Shown here: positions 14,501-27,200 of the stretch, piece after piece
How positions within the stretch are numbered: position 1 is the first letter of the stretch
Layout: each line of letters starts with the position of its first letter
Notes under the pieces: model-generated
The model's database searches: none
What the model saw: the letters and a program-made list of their open reading frames with translations, nothing else
What the model was told of the DNA's origin: nothing
Program-made: the position numbers and the translations under genes
NCBI GenBank assembly: GCA_028534125.1
Contig: CM052817.1
Location: forward strand, 108,378,001 to 108,442,000
Direction of reading: 5' to 3'
DNA from: Lama glama
Lineage: Eukaryota
Length of the DNA: 64,000 bases

Positions 14501-15965
14501 AGAGGAGAGACCAATAGACTAAGGCCAATGTCAAATTCAAGCTGTGAAATACAAAGCTAAAAACTTAAAACACTTTCTGATCTAAAGTTTATCTTGCATT
14601 TAGCCATATATACTAAATTTCTAAAATTTTAGAGATCCAATTCATCAAGTGGTCTGTCAACCTGGTGCTTCAGCTACATACCAAAAAACACTGCCTGATA
14701 GCATCAATTTATGATTTTCCAGCTTCTCAAAACAATGTAGGTCAAAAAAAAAAAACAATAAAGAGCCAGGAAAATTTGATAATTTGATTCAAGCTTAACA
14801 TCAACCTAGAATATGAGGGTCCTAAGTCTTTTCTTGTTTTCTCCATTTAAAAGCACTTTTCCTCTTACTTACAGTCTTTGGGGGAAATGTTAGAAAATGG
14901 AAAATTTTGGCTCATGTTTGCTACACTTACACCGTGCTTAACTGCATGTACCCATCCAACCCTGTTGCTTCGTCAACTCCACTAAAAAAAAAAAGTCTAA
15001 ATAAATCAAAATATCACTGGGCAAGAATTTCACCATGTTGAGGAGTGTAAGCTAGTCTGTACCTAACTTCCGGGTTTTGTAACCTCACATATTCCTCTTA
15101 AGATATTTTATACTTAATCAGCTTATGCAAGATGGGCAAACTGCATCATCCTCTAAGACAGAAATAATTTGTATATTCTTTCACAGCACATTATTATAAC
15201 TGAGAGTCCAATCTCAATGTTCAAAAAATTTAATATAATGGATCCAACAATAGCCAGGGAAAACCCTAGTCTTCAGAAGTTCCATGATAACAAAATCAAA
15301 ATTCTTAATAAATGCTCAAAAAATACATAGACAAATCTGACTCTCCAAAGTTCATCTACTTTTTAATAAGTGGATTTTTGGCAGCATCACCATGACAACT
15401 GTTAATAAAGCTTTATGTAGCCTCATAGTTACAAACAGTATTATAATAAAAATTTTAAAACTGCAGTAGAAAATTTCAGAGACAAAACTTCAACCAATTA
15501 CTCAGCATATCTAAAACACTGTGCTGTGGGCTCAGAGGTACGGGCCACGCCTCTCACTTGAAGGTTTCCACACACGCCAAGAGAACCTTTTTTGTTTCCC
15601 CCTTTATCTACCAAATTTAACTTTAAAAATCTGCCTTCACTATAGACACCGTAAGTATATACAGTTTTTACATCAGGCAATTTAGTAGGGTTGTTCTGGG
15701 AAGGGACAGGACGTGTTCCAGAAGATTCCTGTAAGACATGTGGTCCTTATAAGATCTACTGTTGACAAATTCTGAACTCGGATTCACGCCGTCTGATGGG
15801 GACTGAGGGAAGGAGACAGGTGCCCTGTCAGTTTCCGTATCTAGAGAAGCCTGACTGATCAGAGATGATCTGACTCCAGACGCAGAACCACCATGACGCC
15901 AAGACAAATACAACAGTCAGTCGGTGCCACTATGCCAACATGTAGCAAACAAAAGGTTAATATAA

Positions 15966-16282
15966 GGGGGGAGGGGTGTGTGTACCTCAGTGGTAGAGTG
16001 CGTGCTTAGCATGCAAGAGGTCCTGGGTTCAATCCCCAGTGCCTCCATTAAAAATTTTTAATTTAATTTAATTTAAAGAATAAAATAAAATAAAATATTG
16101 GGGAGTGAGGTTATAGCTCAGTGGTAGAGTGCATGCTTAGGATGCACAAGGTCCTGGGTTCAATCCCCAGGACCTACATTAAAACATAAATATATAAATA
16201 AACAAACAAACCAACAAAGAAACCTAACTACCTCTCCCCCACAAAAAAATTTAAAAAATAAAATGACACCAACATAAAACTA
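15966..16282 (+). mobile_element. Two tandem Vic-1-type tRNA-Ala SINEs (heads at 15966 and 16100)
   Basis: Two tRNA-Ala(AGC)-like heads with A and B boxes and AT-rich tails. Outer direct repeat at 15951-15965 and 16283-16297 (13/15). Confidence 0.9.
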
Positions 16283-17673
16283 AAAAGGTTACTGTAAAGA
16301 ATATCCAAAACATGAAAATGTGTCCTCACACTTGGGAAGAGTAAAGCCTGACAATGACAGGCTCCCTAAAATGCTGATCTCCTGGTTGTGGCACCAACAC
16401 TTCATCGCAGAGTCGTGAGAGCTGCAGGTGTGGTTATTCCTGAACCTTCTCCATCACACTCCACCGGGCAAGACGCGCCATCCTCTCCACCCCTAGAAGT
16501 CTGGCCCTGACCCCAGCCTGTGCAGCACTAGAATAAGCAGGGAGATTAAAGCTGAAAATTAGGAGTTATTTCTTAATAGTGAGCTTGATTTAACACTGGA
16601 CTTTCTATGGGACACGATACTGTCCCCAGACCTGCGGTCTCATATATTCATACCAATATCGACTTGGACACACCACCTCTGATGCCCTTCCTTTACAAAA
16701 TACACTTCACAGAATGTGCCTCTGTAATTCCTACAGAACATCTCTGCAACTCTTATCATCTACATGTAGACAGTGATGATGCTGGAATAACATTCCCCGA
16801 GATCAGTGTGGTACTTAAGAAACCTTAATGTAAACAGAACTGTAACAACAAATTAATTTTTATTCCAGATCACTGCATATGTTGTAACATTATTACCTAA
16901 AATCATGTATTTTGTGAAGGTTATATATTTATACACTGTTCAGTTGTTCCCACTATTGGATATTCTCTACTGTTATTCACCAGTAATATTAAACTTTAAT
17001 TTAAAAAATAAAAACCAGCGTCCAAAGTATAAAACTTTGGTGTTGCTTCTCTGGGTTGGGGAGGAAGGGGAAATTGAGTGATCTGGATTTAGATTTTAAT
17101 TTTACAAGTAACCTCAAATTTAATGACATATTTTTTGAGAAATATCCTAATTTTCTAATATAAATCTTTTATCAAAAAAAAATACTGAAATAGAAAATTG
17201 ATCTACCATGTGAACTTTCATCTGCCATTGACTAACATGAATTAAACAGAACTTAAAATTATAGTTTAGCTATTTTTAAATAAATTTTTAATGATTTAAT
17301 GATTTTTTAAACGAATATGCATTTTTAGGAATATTTTTTTAGTCAACTTTTTGAACTGCTATTTGCTCAAAATACAGAATCTCAGTATCCAACTAAAGCT
17401 GCACATTCAGGGCAAGAAAGTGTAACTTTTTTCCACATTATAAAAGATGTATACAAATTACCTAAGCCCAGGGCATGAACAAAGCTTGATAAAACTGGGA
17501 ATTAGCTTTCTCCTTCCCAAACTCTTCACTCCGTCACGTTCTACCTATGAAACAAACGGGTACATGGTCTGATGGGAAGCGTTCTGCTGATACGTGTCTC
17601 AATAAACCATCTTATTTTGAGCAAAATGCAGTAACGTTTCCCCGGATAAGAAGGTAAGACAGGAAGAACCTAC

Positions 17674-17795
17674 GATGGGCAGAGGTACTGCTTCTTTTTC
17701 CCCTTCCCTTTCTTTGAGGACTTCTCCTTAGAACAGGCTTCTTCAATCCACGAGGAAATCAAAAGGAAAAAGACAACTGCCAGTAAAAACTTCAT
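17674..17795 (-). CDS. GLRB: Glycine receptor subunit beta, first coding exon (signal peptide and N-terminus); remaining exons lie beyond position 1
   Basis: ATG at 17795-17793. The 122 nt translate as [40 protein letters not shown] plus 2 nt, matching the recalled human GLRB start [41 protein letters not shown]. Ends at a phase-2 donor CCATC|gtaggt. Too short for the ORF track. Confidence 0.97.
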
Positions 17796-17824
17796 CTTGA
17801 AAAGTTAACTTTCGGGAGCGCAAT
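17674..17824 (-). other. GLRB: GLRB exon 2 (151 nt: 29 nt 5'UTR plus 122 nt CDS)
   Basis: Acceptor ttttcttgttctttcttgtag|ATTGC at 17825/17824; donor |gtaggt at 17674/17673. Confidence 0.93.
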
Positions 17825-18019
17825 CTACAAGAAAGAACAAGAAAACGTTTACCTTTCAGAAGCAAATGATTAACTCTACGACTCCTTAAGGAGTTTGACC
17901 ATTACCACCCAGCAGACAAGTGCGTCTGTACATCAAATTCTCTTTGCTCACAGTAAACACATGCCTCCCAAACCCACATAAACATGAGGACTTTGTAATA
18001 TTTTAAGCTTATTAAATAC

Positions 18020-18519
18020 NNNNNNNNNNNNNNNNNNNNNNNNNNNNNNNNNNNNNNNNNNNNNNNNNNNNNNNNNNNNNNNNNNNNNNNNNNNNNNNNN
18101 NNNNNNNNNNNNNNNNNNNNNNNNNNNNNNNNNNNNNNNNNNNNNNNNNNNNNNNNNNNNNNNNNNNNNNNNNNNNNNNNNNNNNNNNNNNNNNNNNNNN
18201 NNNNNNNNNNNNNNNNNNNNNNNNNNNNNNNNNNNNNNNNNNNNNNNNNNNNNNNNNNNNNNNNNNNNNNNNNNNNNNNNNNNNNNNNNNNNNNNNNNNN
18301 NNNNNNNNNNNNNNNNNNNNNNNNNNNNNNNNNNNNNNNNNNNNNNNNNNNNNNNNNNNNNNNNNNNNNNNNNNNNNNNNNNNNNNNNNNNNNNNNNNNN
18401 NNNNNNNNNNNNNNNNNNNNNNNNNNNNNNNNNNNNNNNNNNNNNNNNNNNNNNNNNNNNNNNNNNNNNNNNNNNNNNNNNNNNNNNNNNNNNNNNNNNN
18501 NNNNNNNNNNNNNNNNNNN
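18020..18519. other. Assembly gap (500 N) in GLRB intron 1
   Basis: Run of exactly 500 N, likely a placeholder length. Confidence 0.99.
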
Positions 18520-18894
18520 GAATCTGCATGTATGTTTTCCCCAAAGCAATAAAACTATTCTAAAGGGAAGGACAATTCTAAGTATTAAAGGATTGACAGA
18601 GATAGAAGGCGAATGTAGTATCAGAGGGTTTCACTCCCTAAATTGTTTCTATTTATACACACTAAATTTGCAAGTTACCTTTTACCTCTAAAAGGTGTAT
18701 ATTGACTGAAGTTAGCTTTCCTCCTCACATGATACTAACATTTATCATCAAAAAGACAATTTCTGACTCCAGAAATTCTAGGCAACACTATATGAAATAG
18801 TCAGACTCCTCCAGATAATCCCCTTAGCCATATTTTAATAGCATTTTCCTAGCTCAAATGAGAACTATATTCTTGCCCGTCTGATGCACACACA

Positions 18895-18946
18895 AAAAAA
18901 AAAGAAAGAAAGAAAGAAAGAAAAAGAAAAGAAAGAAAGAAAAAAA
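18895..18946. repeat. (GAAA)n / A-rich simple repeat in GLRB intron 1
   Basis: Seen directly. Confidence 0.9.
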
Positions 18947-19279
18947 GCCGTTTAAGCATCTCCTATACACTGGAATATTTAAACCTCTTCCGCATCCTTC
19001 ACTTCCAAACCATAAATTCTTACTCCTTCATTGTTTTCTGCAGGGTAAGAGCCCCGTCTACCCCTCGACATTAACTTCATTCCCAGCTCCCCCTTATAAT
19101 TTTGCTTCTCCTATGTCACGATTTCACCTCCCTCCTCTCAGGAATTCTTATTATCTCACATTTATCCTTTACAGCCTCTAGCAAACCAGGACTTCCTCCC
19201 GGTCCTGTCTCCTGAAGACGACAGAGGGGACTCCAGGCCCACAGCATCTCTCGGTCAACTCAGGACCGGGCTCCCTGCC

Positions 19280-20030
19280 CCCCTCCCACGGCGGCATCTG
19301 GTCCAGACACCTTGGCCCGCGGCCGCAGGTACCGTGCCCACCTTCACACTCGGCCCCAGGACACCACTGGAGGCCGTCCTGGCGGTCTGCAGGGTGGAGA
19401 GAGAAATTCCGTGTCACCTCCCACCTTCCGGAGGGGGCAGCTGCAGTGGCTGAGGGTGCCCCGCAGGCAAAACGACGCCAGCTACGTCCGCGAGCCTCTC
19501 CGCATGCCTCCAGCCGAGCGGACCCGCACCTCCTCCAGGGATGCGCGGACATCCCGCGGCATCCTCCTCCCCCTCCTCCTCCCCGCGCCCCGCCGCCGCA
19601 GTGCCCCCGCGCGCCGCGCGCCCCTCACCAGAGCCGACTTACCTGAGGAGCCCGCCCCGCAGCCCCGGGAGGACTGGCGCTCCGGCCCCGACGCGCCGCT
19701 GCGGGGGGAGCGGCTGCGCCCGGATCCCCGTCCGCGTCCCCGTCCGCGTGCCCGTCCCCGCGATGGGCTGACGCGCCTGCTCGCGCCGCCGAGCCTGCGC
19801 CGTGCGGTCCGCTCCGCGGCGGGGTGGGCGCGCTGCGGGGCGCGGGCCGGGATGCTGACGGCGCGGGGGGGGCCCGGCGCGCGGGAGGACGTCCCACCGT
19901 CCGCCGTCTCTGGCCCCCGCCCCGGTCCCCCGCCCCGGAGGGGATTCTGAGCGTAAGGATGCGGTCCCCACCGGAGGCTCGCTCTAGACGGTGGGGCGGG
20001 GGTGGAGGGTGGGTGCGCAGGGCTGGCCCA
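19280..20030 (-). promoter_or_regulatory. GLRB: CpG-island promoter of GLRB with GC boxes
   Basis: Very GC- and CpG-dense block. Sp1-type CCCCGCCCC/GGGGCGGGG motifs near 19915-19937 and 19992-20002. No obvious TATA box. Confidence 0.9.
19643..19850 (-). other. GLRB: GLRB non-coding exon 1 (5' boundary approximate)
   Basis: Consensus donor CTCAG|gtaagt at 19643/19642 inside the CpG island, about 1.8 kb upstream of exon 2. No minus-strand ATG seen in this segment. The TSS cannot be fixed from sequence. Confidence 0.75.
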
Positions 20031-20769
20031 GAAGAAAAAGACCATTCAAAGAGCTGCAGTCCTTTATTGTCCGTTTTTGACCACTAGCAACAAAAAGTGA
20101 TGGAACAACAAATGCCCCTGTTGGACCAAAGCAGACGACAGCCAGTTTCTGGGATTTCATCGTTGGCCTGGTCCGCTGGCATCTGACTTCATCTTGGAGT
20201 CTTACATCCAATTTCTCAAAGCCTGACCTTTCTAAGCGCCCTTAAGTTGATCAAAGTCACGAAAGCCATGTAATCATGGAGGTAATGCTGTTTGAATATT
20301 TTGCATAATTAACACGTGTACAGAACTTTAGTTTCAGAGCGCGGTCGCTGCATTACCGCACTTGGCCCTCGCTCCATTCATTCCTGGGCAAGTTTCTTGG
20401 CTTCGTCCCCATTTTAAAGACGAAGAAGGCGAAGCTCCGGTATGTTAAAGGATTAATTTAGGGTTACTTAAGTACCTCGAATAGAATTTACCTGAGACTC
20501 AGAGTCTTATTTTAACACTTCTGAGTCAGGTACAATCTCTGCCTTCTGTTTACCAAGGACCCCTTCCCTTGGCTCCTGGGTAACACACAAAGCTTTCCTG
20601 TTACCTCTGTACTGAGCGCCTACTTGACTTCTTTTCATTAAGAAAGCGTTCTCAGATGAGCAGTATTACTTAGCAAAGTTTTGCGGACCTACACACGTAT
20701 TTCTTCACTAGTAAACTGTCAACCTACATCATGCCAGGGAGTGAGCTTTTCCTCTAAGTAACCGTGTTC

Positions 20770-21254
20770 TGTAGGTTTCACAAGATACTCAGCTCTGAAA
20801 ACCAAGTAGAATATAGTCTTTCATAAAATACATTTACATTTATAAGGGAAAAAAATCTCCACTTGTCTGGATGTCTCCCTCTCTGCGCCAGGAAGAGGAG
20901 GCTGACTAAATCTCCAAAAACTCTTACCCCAGGGGGAGGCACAGGATTCAATGTGCATGACAATCACGCCCTTCTTGACCGTTTTTTCCTGGTAGTGTCC
21001 CTGGACCAACTGGAGTTCCTCCGCCACCAACATCTTCTTTTGTCTTTAGTTGGAGATGGTCTTTGAGGTGGTGTCTTGGGCCATTTTGGGGACTTACTCA
21101 GGTTTCTCGGGTGTCTCCCATGCACACAGGTGGTACACATGTTATTAAACTTCTAGGTGTTTTTCCTCCTGTTAATCTGCCTTTTTTTTTTTTACTAGGA
21201 GTCCCAGCCAAGAACCAAGAAGGGTGGGGAGAAAATCATTTTTCCTCCCCTACA
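20770..21254 (+). mobile_element. Solo ERV1-class LTR (MER34/MER39-like)
   Basis: Inverted termini TGTAGG...CCTACA; ATTAAA followed by gttaatctgccttt...tttcctcccctaca as in the recalled family 3' end. Confidence 0.75.
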
Positions 21255-21379
21255 GGACAAAAAATAAGTTTCATGAAACCAAGGGAATTCAGAAGCGGAG
21301 GAAAACCTGAAACTTAGTTTTCTTGTAATCAAGGAATTACTAAGAATGTGGAGTAATAGTAGATAGAGATTCACGTGAT

Positions 21380-22515
21380 GAACAAGACCTTTCTCCAGAA
21401 CTCCAGACTCATATATCCAGTTGCCTTCTCGACATCTCACCTTGCAGACTGAACACATTTCATTCTCAGCTGTCCAAAATGGAGCCAGTGTTCTTCCCTG
21501 CCAAATCTCTTCCCACTCCACCTTCTCTCAGCTGATGGCAACCTGTCCCTCCGGAAGGCTCCGGCCAAAAATCTCAAAGACGTTCCTAATTGCTTCCTTT
21601 TTCTCATTCCCCACATCCAGTCTGTCAGGAAACACTGCGTCCTCTCTAACTACTATGTTTACTGTAGGAAAGCCGGACTGAGCCACCATCACCTCTGAGT
21701 TGGGTTGTTTCAATAGCTTCCCGCCTGCCCCACTCCCCTGGTATCAACACGGCGGCCAGGTGCCTGTAAGACATGTCTGTGTCAGATGACGTCCCTGCTC
21801 AGCCCAGGCCCAGCAATACTCCTCACGTCACTCAGATGCTAAACCAAGGTTCTCCCAGGGCAACACAGGGTCCCGAGTGCCAGGCGCCCTCCCAGTGCTC
21901 TGCCGTCCTCTGACTCTCTCCCCTTGGTCTCTCTGCCCCAGTGACACTGGTCCAGCTGCACCTCCAACAGGTGGGAGGGTGGGGCCCCCCCAGCCTATTG
22001 TCTCTGCTGGTCCCTCTGCCTACTGTGCCCCTCCCCCAGACAGCCGCACATCCAGCTCCCGAACTTCTTCAAGTTTTCCCCCAGATGTCACCCTCTCAAG
22101 CGATGTATCAGATATTATTTAAAGGTACCACCTGCTCCTCACCCATTCAAGGACTTCCGATCTCCTTTTACTTGGCTTTTTGTTTCTTTTTCATAGTCCT
22201 TACTACCTTCTAATATAGTATACAACCCAGAAATAATTACATTTAAACAGAATATATATAGCCTAGAAATAGATTATATATAAATTTACTATCTATAAAA
22301 TAGAAATAAAAAATAGAAAAAAGAGAAATAGATTGTATATAAATAGAAAATATATAACCTAGAAATAGATTATATATAAATAAATAGATTATATATGAAT
22401 AGACACAGCCTTGCTTTCCTTTCTAAAATGCGAGCTCAGGGAAGGTAGAGATTTTTGTCTGTTTTTATCCATCGCCGTTGCCCAGAGCACCTACATTTGT
22501 GTTGAATGAGGAAGT
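21380..22515 (+). mobile_element. L2a-like element interrupted by an AT-rich repeat
   Basis: ctccagactcatatatccagttgccttctcgacatctcacc...agagatttttgtctgttt...gttgaatgag. Confidence 0.8.
22225..22402. repeat. AT-rich imperfect minisatellite, core AGAAATAGATTATATATAAAT
   Basis: Core recurs near 22265, 22325, 22361 and partially 22382. Confidence 0.75.
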
Positions 22516-23179
22516 AAATCTTGGCCTAGTCACTGAACTTCTTAACATTTCATGTTTTCTTCTTAGTGAAGTGAAAATGGCAAGGCGTGGCTTGCAGAAT
22601 TATTCTAAGGACTGAACGGTGAATTTATGTTAAGTGTCTGATCCTGAGAAGAAGGTCCATGAGTAATTACCTCCCCTCTTGGTTTTTCTATTCACTTGAT
22701 GAAACAATCACTGTTGAAGTGATGCAACCCTGTGGTATATTTCTTTCTGTTATTTTCTTCCTTTATTTGTGTCTTCCTGGAAACATTTTGTGAGGCCACC
22801 TCAACACAATCAATTGGAACCCGGTTTCCTGCGCACCCAGCTTCACGTGTCCTATATTAATTTTCTCTTACTGGCTCATAGAACTTAAATGCTGACCTGA
22901 ATGTCTTATGTTCAATTAAGAAACCAAATGTTAGAAAAAGAGAGAATTCTCACCAAATCATTTGTGCATGTGACATAAGCATCACTGTTGTCACTACCCA
23001 AACAGCCTTCAAACATGAGTCTTGAATTTATACATTATCTCTCTTCTATTTCCTCTCTATATGAGTCATATTTACTCTTTAATCATAACCTGAATTGTAA
23101 TTGTCATTTATGAGATTTTTCTCAAAACTTCAGTTAGGATGCCATCAGATGTTTTCAGGAAGAAGTATGTCCAGCTGTT

Positions 23180-23460
23180 TAATTTTTTTCCAGTGTTATT
23201 GAGATATAATTGGCATAACATCATACGAGTTTCGGATGTACAGCATAACAATTTGATATGTGTAAATATTGTGAAATGATCACCTCATGTAGTTACAAAT
23301 TCTTTTCCTTGCAATGAGAACTTTTAAGATTCACTCTCAGACACTTCTCAAATGTACAATACAGTATTATTATCATCACATTGTATGTTACAACTTCAGT
23401 ACTTATTTATCTTATAATTGGAAGTTTGTATCTTTGATCACCATTAACCAATTCCACCAC
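23180..23460 (-). mobile_element. Older L1 (L1MA-like) 3' end
   Basis: ttattgagatataattggcataac...cttataattggaagtttgtatctttgatcacc. Confidence 0.75.
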
Positions 23461-23834
23461 CATGTCCAGTTGTTTTTAGATGTGTTTTCCCTTGAGTCAT
23501 CATCTTAAAAAATTTCTCAAAAATAGATAATAGAGGTATAAATGTAAATTAGAAGATTACAATAAAGGATGATTAGATGATGGGTAAGTTATTTTGCATC
23601 TGTTAAGTACTATTCATGAATTTTACAGGACAGCAAAACTTATATTGAGAAATGTTGATGAGTAATCAGTCTTATTGTATTAGAAAAATAAAAATATTAT
23701 TTGATAACCAAAAATCACTTCCACATGTTTTTCTGACATAGCACATTATCCTTAAAATAGTCTCCAAACACCTAATTATTTTTACACTCACTTTTAAACA
23801 ATCATTATTTTTAAACTCACTTTCAAACAATCTT

Positions 23835-24255
23835 CTTTAAATATTTGGTAGAATTCCCCTGTGAAGCCATATTTTTTGCTTGTAAAGAGTTTTTCTTTTT
23901 TTTTAATTACTGATTTAATTTCATTGCTAGTAATTGGTCTGTTCAGATTTCCTCTTTCTTCCTGATTTAGCCTTGAAAGATTGTATCTTTCTAGGAATTT
24001 ATCTATTTCTTCCAGGTTTCCAATTTATTGGCATGTAACTGTCGTATTCTCTTATGATTATTCCTATGATGGTAGTTGTAACTTCTCTTTTATTTCTAAT
24101 TTTAGTTAATGGCCCCTTTTTTTTTCTCTTGATGAATCTGGCTAAAGATTTGTTCATTTTGTTTATCATTTTAAAAAACCAGCTTTTAGTTTCACTGATC
24201 TTTTCTTTTCTTTTCTTTTTTTGGTCTCTATTCCATTTATTCCCACTCTAATTGC
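23835..24255 (-). mobile_element. L1 ORF2 fragment
   Basis: ttggtagaattcccctgtgaagccat...aaaaaaccagcttttagtttcactgatc, reverse L1 ORF2. Confidence 0.85.
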
Positions 24256-24791
24256 AAGATGTTGTTAATACTCTTATTATTTTTTTATGGGAAGTGTTAG
24301 AGTTAGTTCATCTTTAGTGTCCCATTAGAACATCAAGTTTCCCACATCAGTTGCACATAAGTGAGTTGAGCAGCTTCTTTTTCAGACACAGACTTGGCTT
24401 GTACAGAATTCCGACTGCAGGTTAGCACATCGAAGCCAAAGAGGCCGTTCTGGTGCTAGACCCAGAATCTTGCTTCCAACTTCAGCTTGGTCCTAAAGAT
24501 TTACTAACGTGTGAATTGTTGTTCACTTAATTTTCCTTTCTGTTCCACGTAACAGCAGTAACAATAATTATAACCATCATTCATCAACAATGTACTAGTC
24601 TCCAGTTGGTACACAAATATATTATCTACTCTACACCGCCATGAAGTCAATATTATTCTTATCACAATTTATGGGGACATATCCAGAAGCATCATATAAA
24701 TTTTCCAAAGTTTGTCAATATCATTCATAATAAATGATTGGGAGAACTATGCCCCTGAGTATGTCTGACATTGGAAACTGGGATCTAAAAC

Positions 24792-24932
24792 TTTTTAAAA
24801 TTATTTTTTGGGGGGAGGTGATTAAGTTTATTTATTTATTTCATTTTATTTTTTAAATGGAGGTACTGGGGATTGAACCCAGGCCCTCGTGCATGCTAAG
24901 CACACACTGTACCACTGAGCTATATCCTCCTC
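24792..24932 (-). mobile_element. Vic-1-type SINE
   Basis: Reverse tRNA-Ala-like head plus AT-rich tail. Confidence 0.9.
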
Positions 24933-25871
24933 ATAAAAATATTTTTTGTGTAATTGTAAATTGCACGTTCAATAATAGCTTATGACGCCCAGAATAGCAT
25001 TAGTATACAACCAGATCAACTACGGTGTAATTTTGAGAACATAACAGTAGAAATGTAAGATACTCCTACTTATGAATTTGAGGATTGTATTCTGTTTCAT
25101 CGAATTGAGGCAACAGTTCAGAACAATCAAAGGCCACTGTAACTGCCACCAAGCCATCCCAGCCCTTATTCACACAGAGAGGAACTACCTGGGATTGGCG
25201 GTGTGTGGGTGTCAGATTTTCTTGTTGTGTCAGAGTATTTACTGTGAAAGCACTGACATTGTATGATACAGCTTTTAGATAAATGAGATATACACTATTC
25301 TTTAGTTCTAAGTAAAGAAACAAAGAATTACTCACATCTTTGTCAATGACATGATATTCTTAATGCCCCTCAAGAACACACCTTAGGAAGAAACAGATAA
25401 GCCCAGAGCTTATTTGGTGCTATCCGGGCTAGTCCAGTAAGGAGGACATCAGGATCACGGACAAGCCCCAGCTCTTCACACCCAGCTGGGTGTCATGAAG
25501 CAGTTGTCATCCACAGATCAGCTTGTGTGAGTTGTTTGTTCCTTTGTTTCACAGTTACTGGGTGACAGGTCAGCTCAGTCCCGACAGCTCAAACCCAAAC
25601 GTTCCTTTGAAGCAATAACAATAATTCTTGGAGCAGATGCCTGGCAACTCAGGCCCACAAATCTTCCAATACAATGGAATCTCTTCCAAAAGTGTTTGCA
25701 GCTTTAACTAAGTCTGAGCAAAGCTAGAATTGCCTCTTTGGGCAAGTTTGAATCTGCCGGTCAGCAGTGCTGGAGGTCTAGGAAGTGGTCACGTGCTCCT
25801 CCAGCGGGCAGGACGTCAAGTCTCACATGTTCGTGATGACATGCTGGCGTCCTCTGGTAACCAAAGCAGCT

Positions 25872-26519
25872 ACTTACCATATGATCCAGCAATCCCACTC
25901 CTGGGCATATATCCAGAGGGAAATCTAACTCGAAAAGATACTTGCACCCAAGTGTTCACAGCAGCACTATTTGCAATAGCCAAGACATGGAAACAACCTA
26001 AATGTCCATTGGCAGATGACTGGATAAAGAAGCTGTGGTATATTTATACAATGGAATACTACTCAGCCATAAAAAAGAATAAAATATTGCCATTTGCAGC
26101 AACATGTATGGACCTGGAGATCATCATTCTAAGTGAAGTGAGCCAGAAAGAGAAAGAGAAATGACATATCACTCATGTGTGGAATCTAAAAAAACAAAAA
26201 GACAAATGAACTGATTTACAAAACTGAAACAGACTCACAGACAGAAAACAAACTTATGGTTACTGGGGTGGGGGGAGTGGTGGGAAGGGATAAATTGGGA
26301 GTTCAAGATTTCCAGATACTAATTGCTATATATAAAATAGATAAATAACAAGTTTATACTATACAGCACAGGGAGCTACATTTGATACCTTGTAGTAACC
26401 TATAATGAAAAAGAATCTGAAAAGAAATCTATGTATGTTTATGTCTGACTGAAACATTATGCTGTACACCAGAAGTTGACACAACCTTGTCAATTGACTA
26501 TACTTCAATTAAAAAAAAA
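25872..26519 (+). mobile_element. 5'-truncated L1
   Basis: [14 protein letters not shown]...[23 protein letters not shown]...ILSEVSQKEK followed by 3'UTR and A tail. Confidence 0.95.
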
Positions 26520-27200
26520 CAGTAAGTCATAGAAAGAAAACCACGGTATTTATCAAATTATTATGGCTTTAAAGTAAATTTAAAATCAGGCTCACCAAGC
26601 AAATTAAGCTCTTTGTGTTGTCATTAAGGAAGTCCTTAAGCTTGCTGTGGATTCTAAAGATTAGATCTCTCTGACCTAATTTTGAAAACTCACTTTGTCA
26701 CTAGAATTTATATATAGCGCTGGCGCAGAAGGACATTTGTTCAAGGGTAGTGGAATCAACTGAAGGAGTGAGGGCTGAGAGAGAAACATCCACTTCTGAA
26801 GCTAGCATGGCCAAGGAAGAGAAAAATCAGTAAAGCATTAGATTGGACGAGAAAAAAAAGGACCAGATTAAACGTTTGGACGCAACTCTCGCATTTCCTA
26901 AAGCACATTTTTTGCAACATTAGCCTCAGACAAAGAATAACTCAAGGACTAAACAGACTTGTGGAAATTTTGTCTATCACATCTTCATTTAAGATTTATA
27001 ATGTATTTTAGTATATCAAATGTTTGGTTATATCGTAAATTAAAAAAAAAGTCAATATTGTTTAACCCAGCATCTCCTAAACATGTTTGACCAGGAAATT
27101 TTTTATGCTACACCTGTAAATATTCCATAGATCTATTGTTTCAAGAATTGTCATGTGGAAAAATGCTGCTCTGGGCAAAAACAGTCTAAGAGTAAGCTCC

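Noticed and set aside
17825..17860. Donor-like AAG|gtaaac 28 nt upstream of the exon 2 acceptor
   Set aside because: The implied intron would be far too short to splice.
17902..18549. ORFs of 198-215 aa
   Set aside because: Artefacts of the 500-N gap.
19178..20087. Long overlapping ORFs (up to 212 aa) across the CpG island
   Set aside because: Low-complexity Arg/Pro/Ala/Gly frames expected from stop-poor GC-rich DNA; the GLRB start codon is at 17795.
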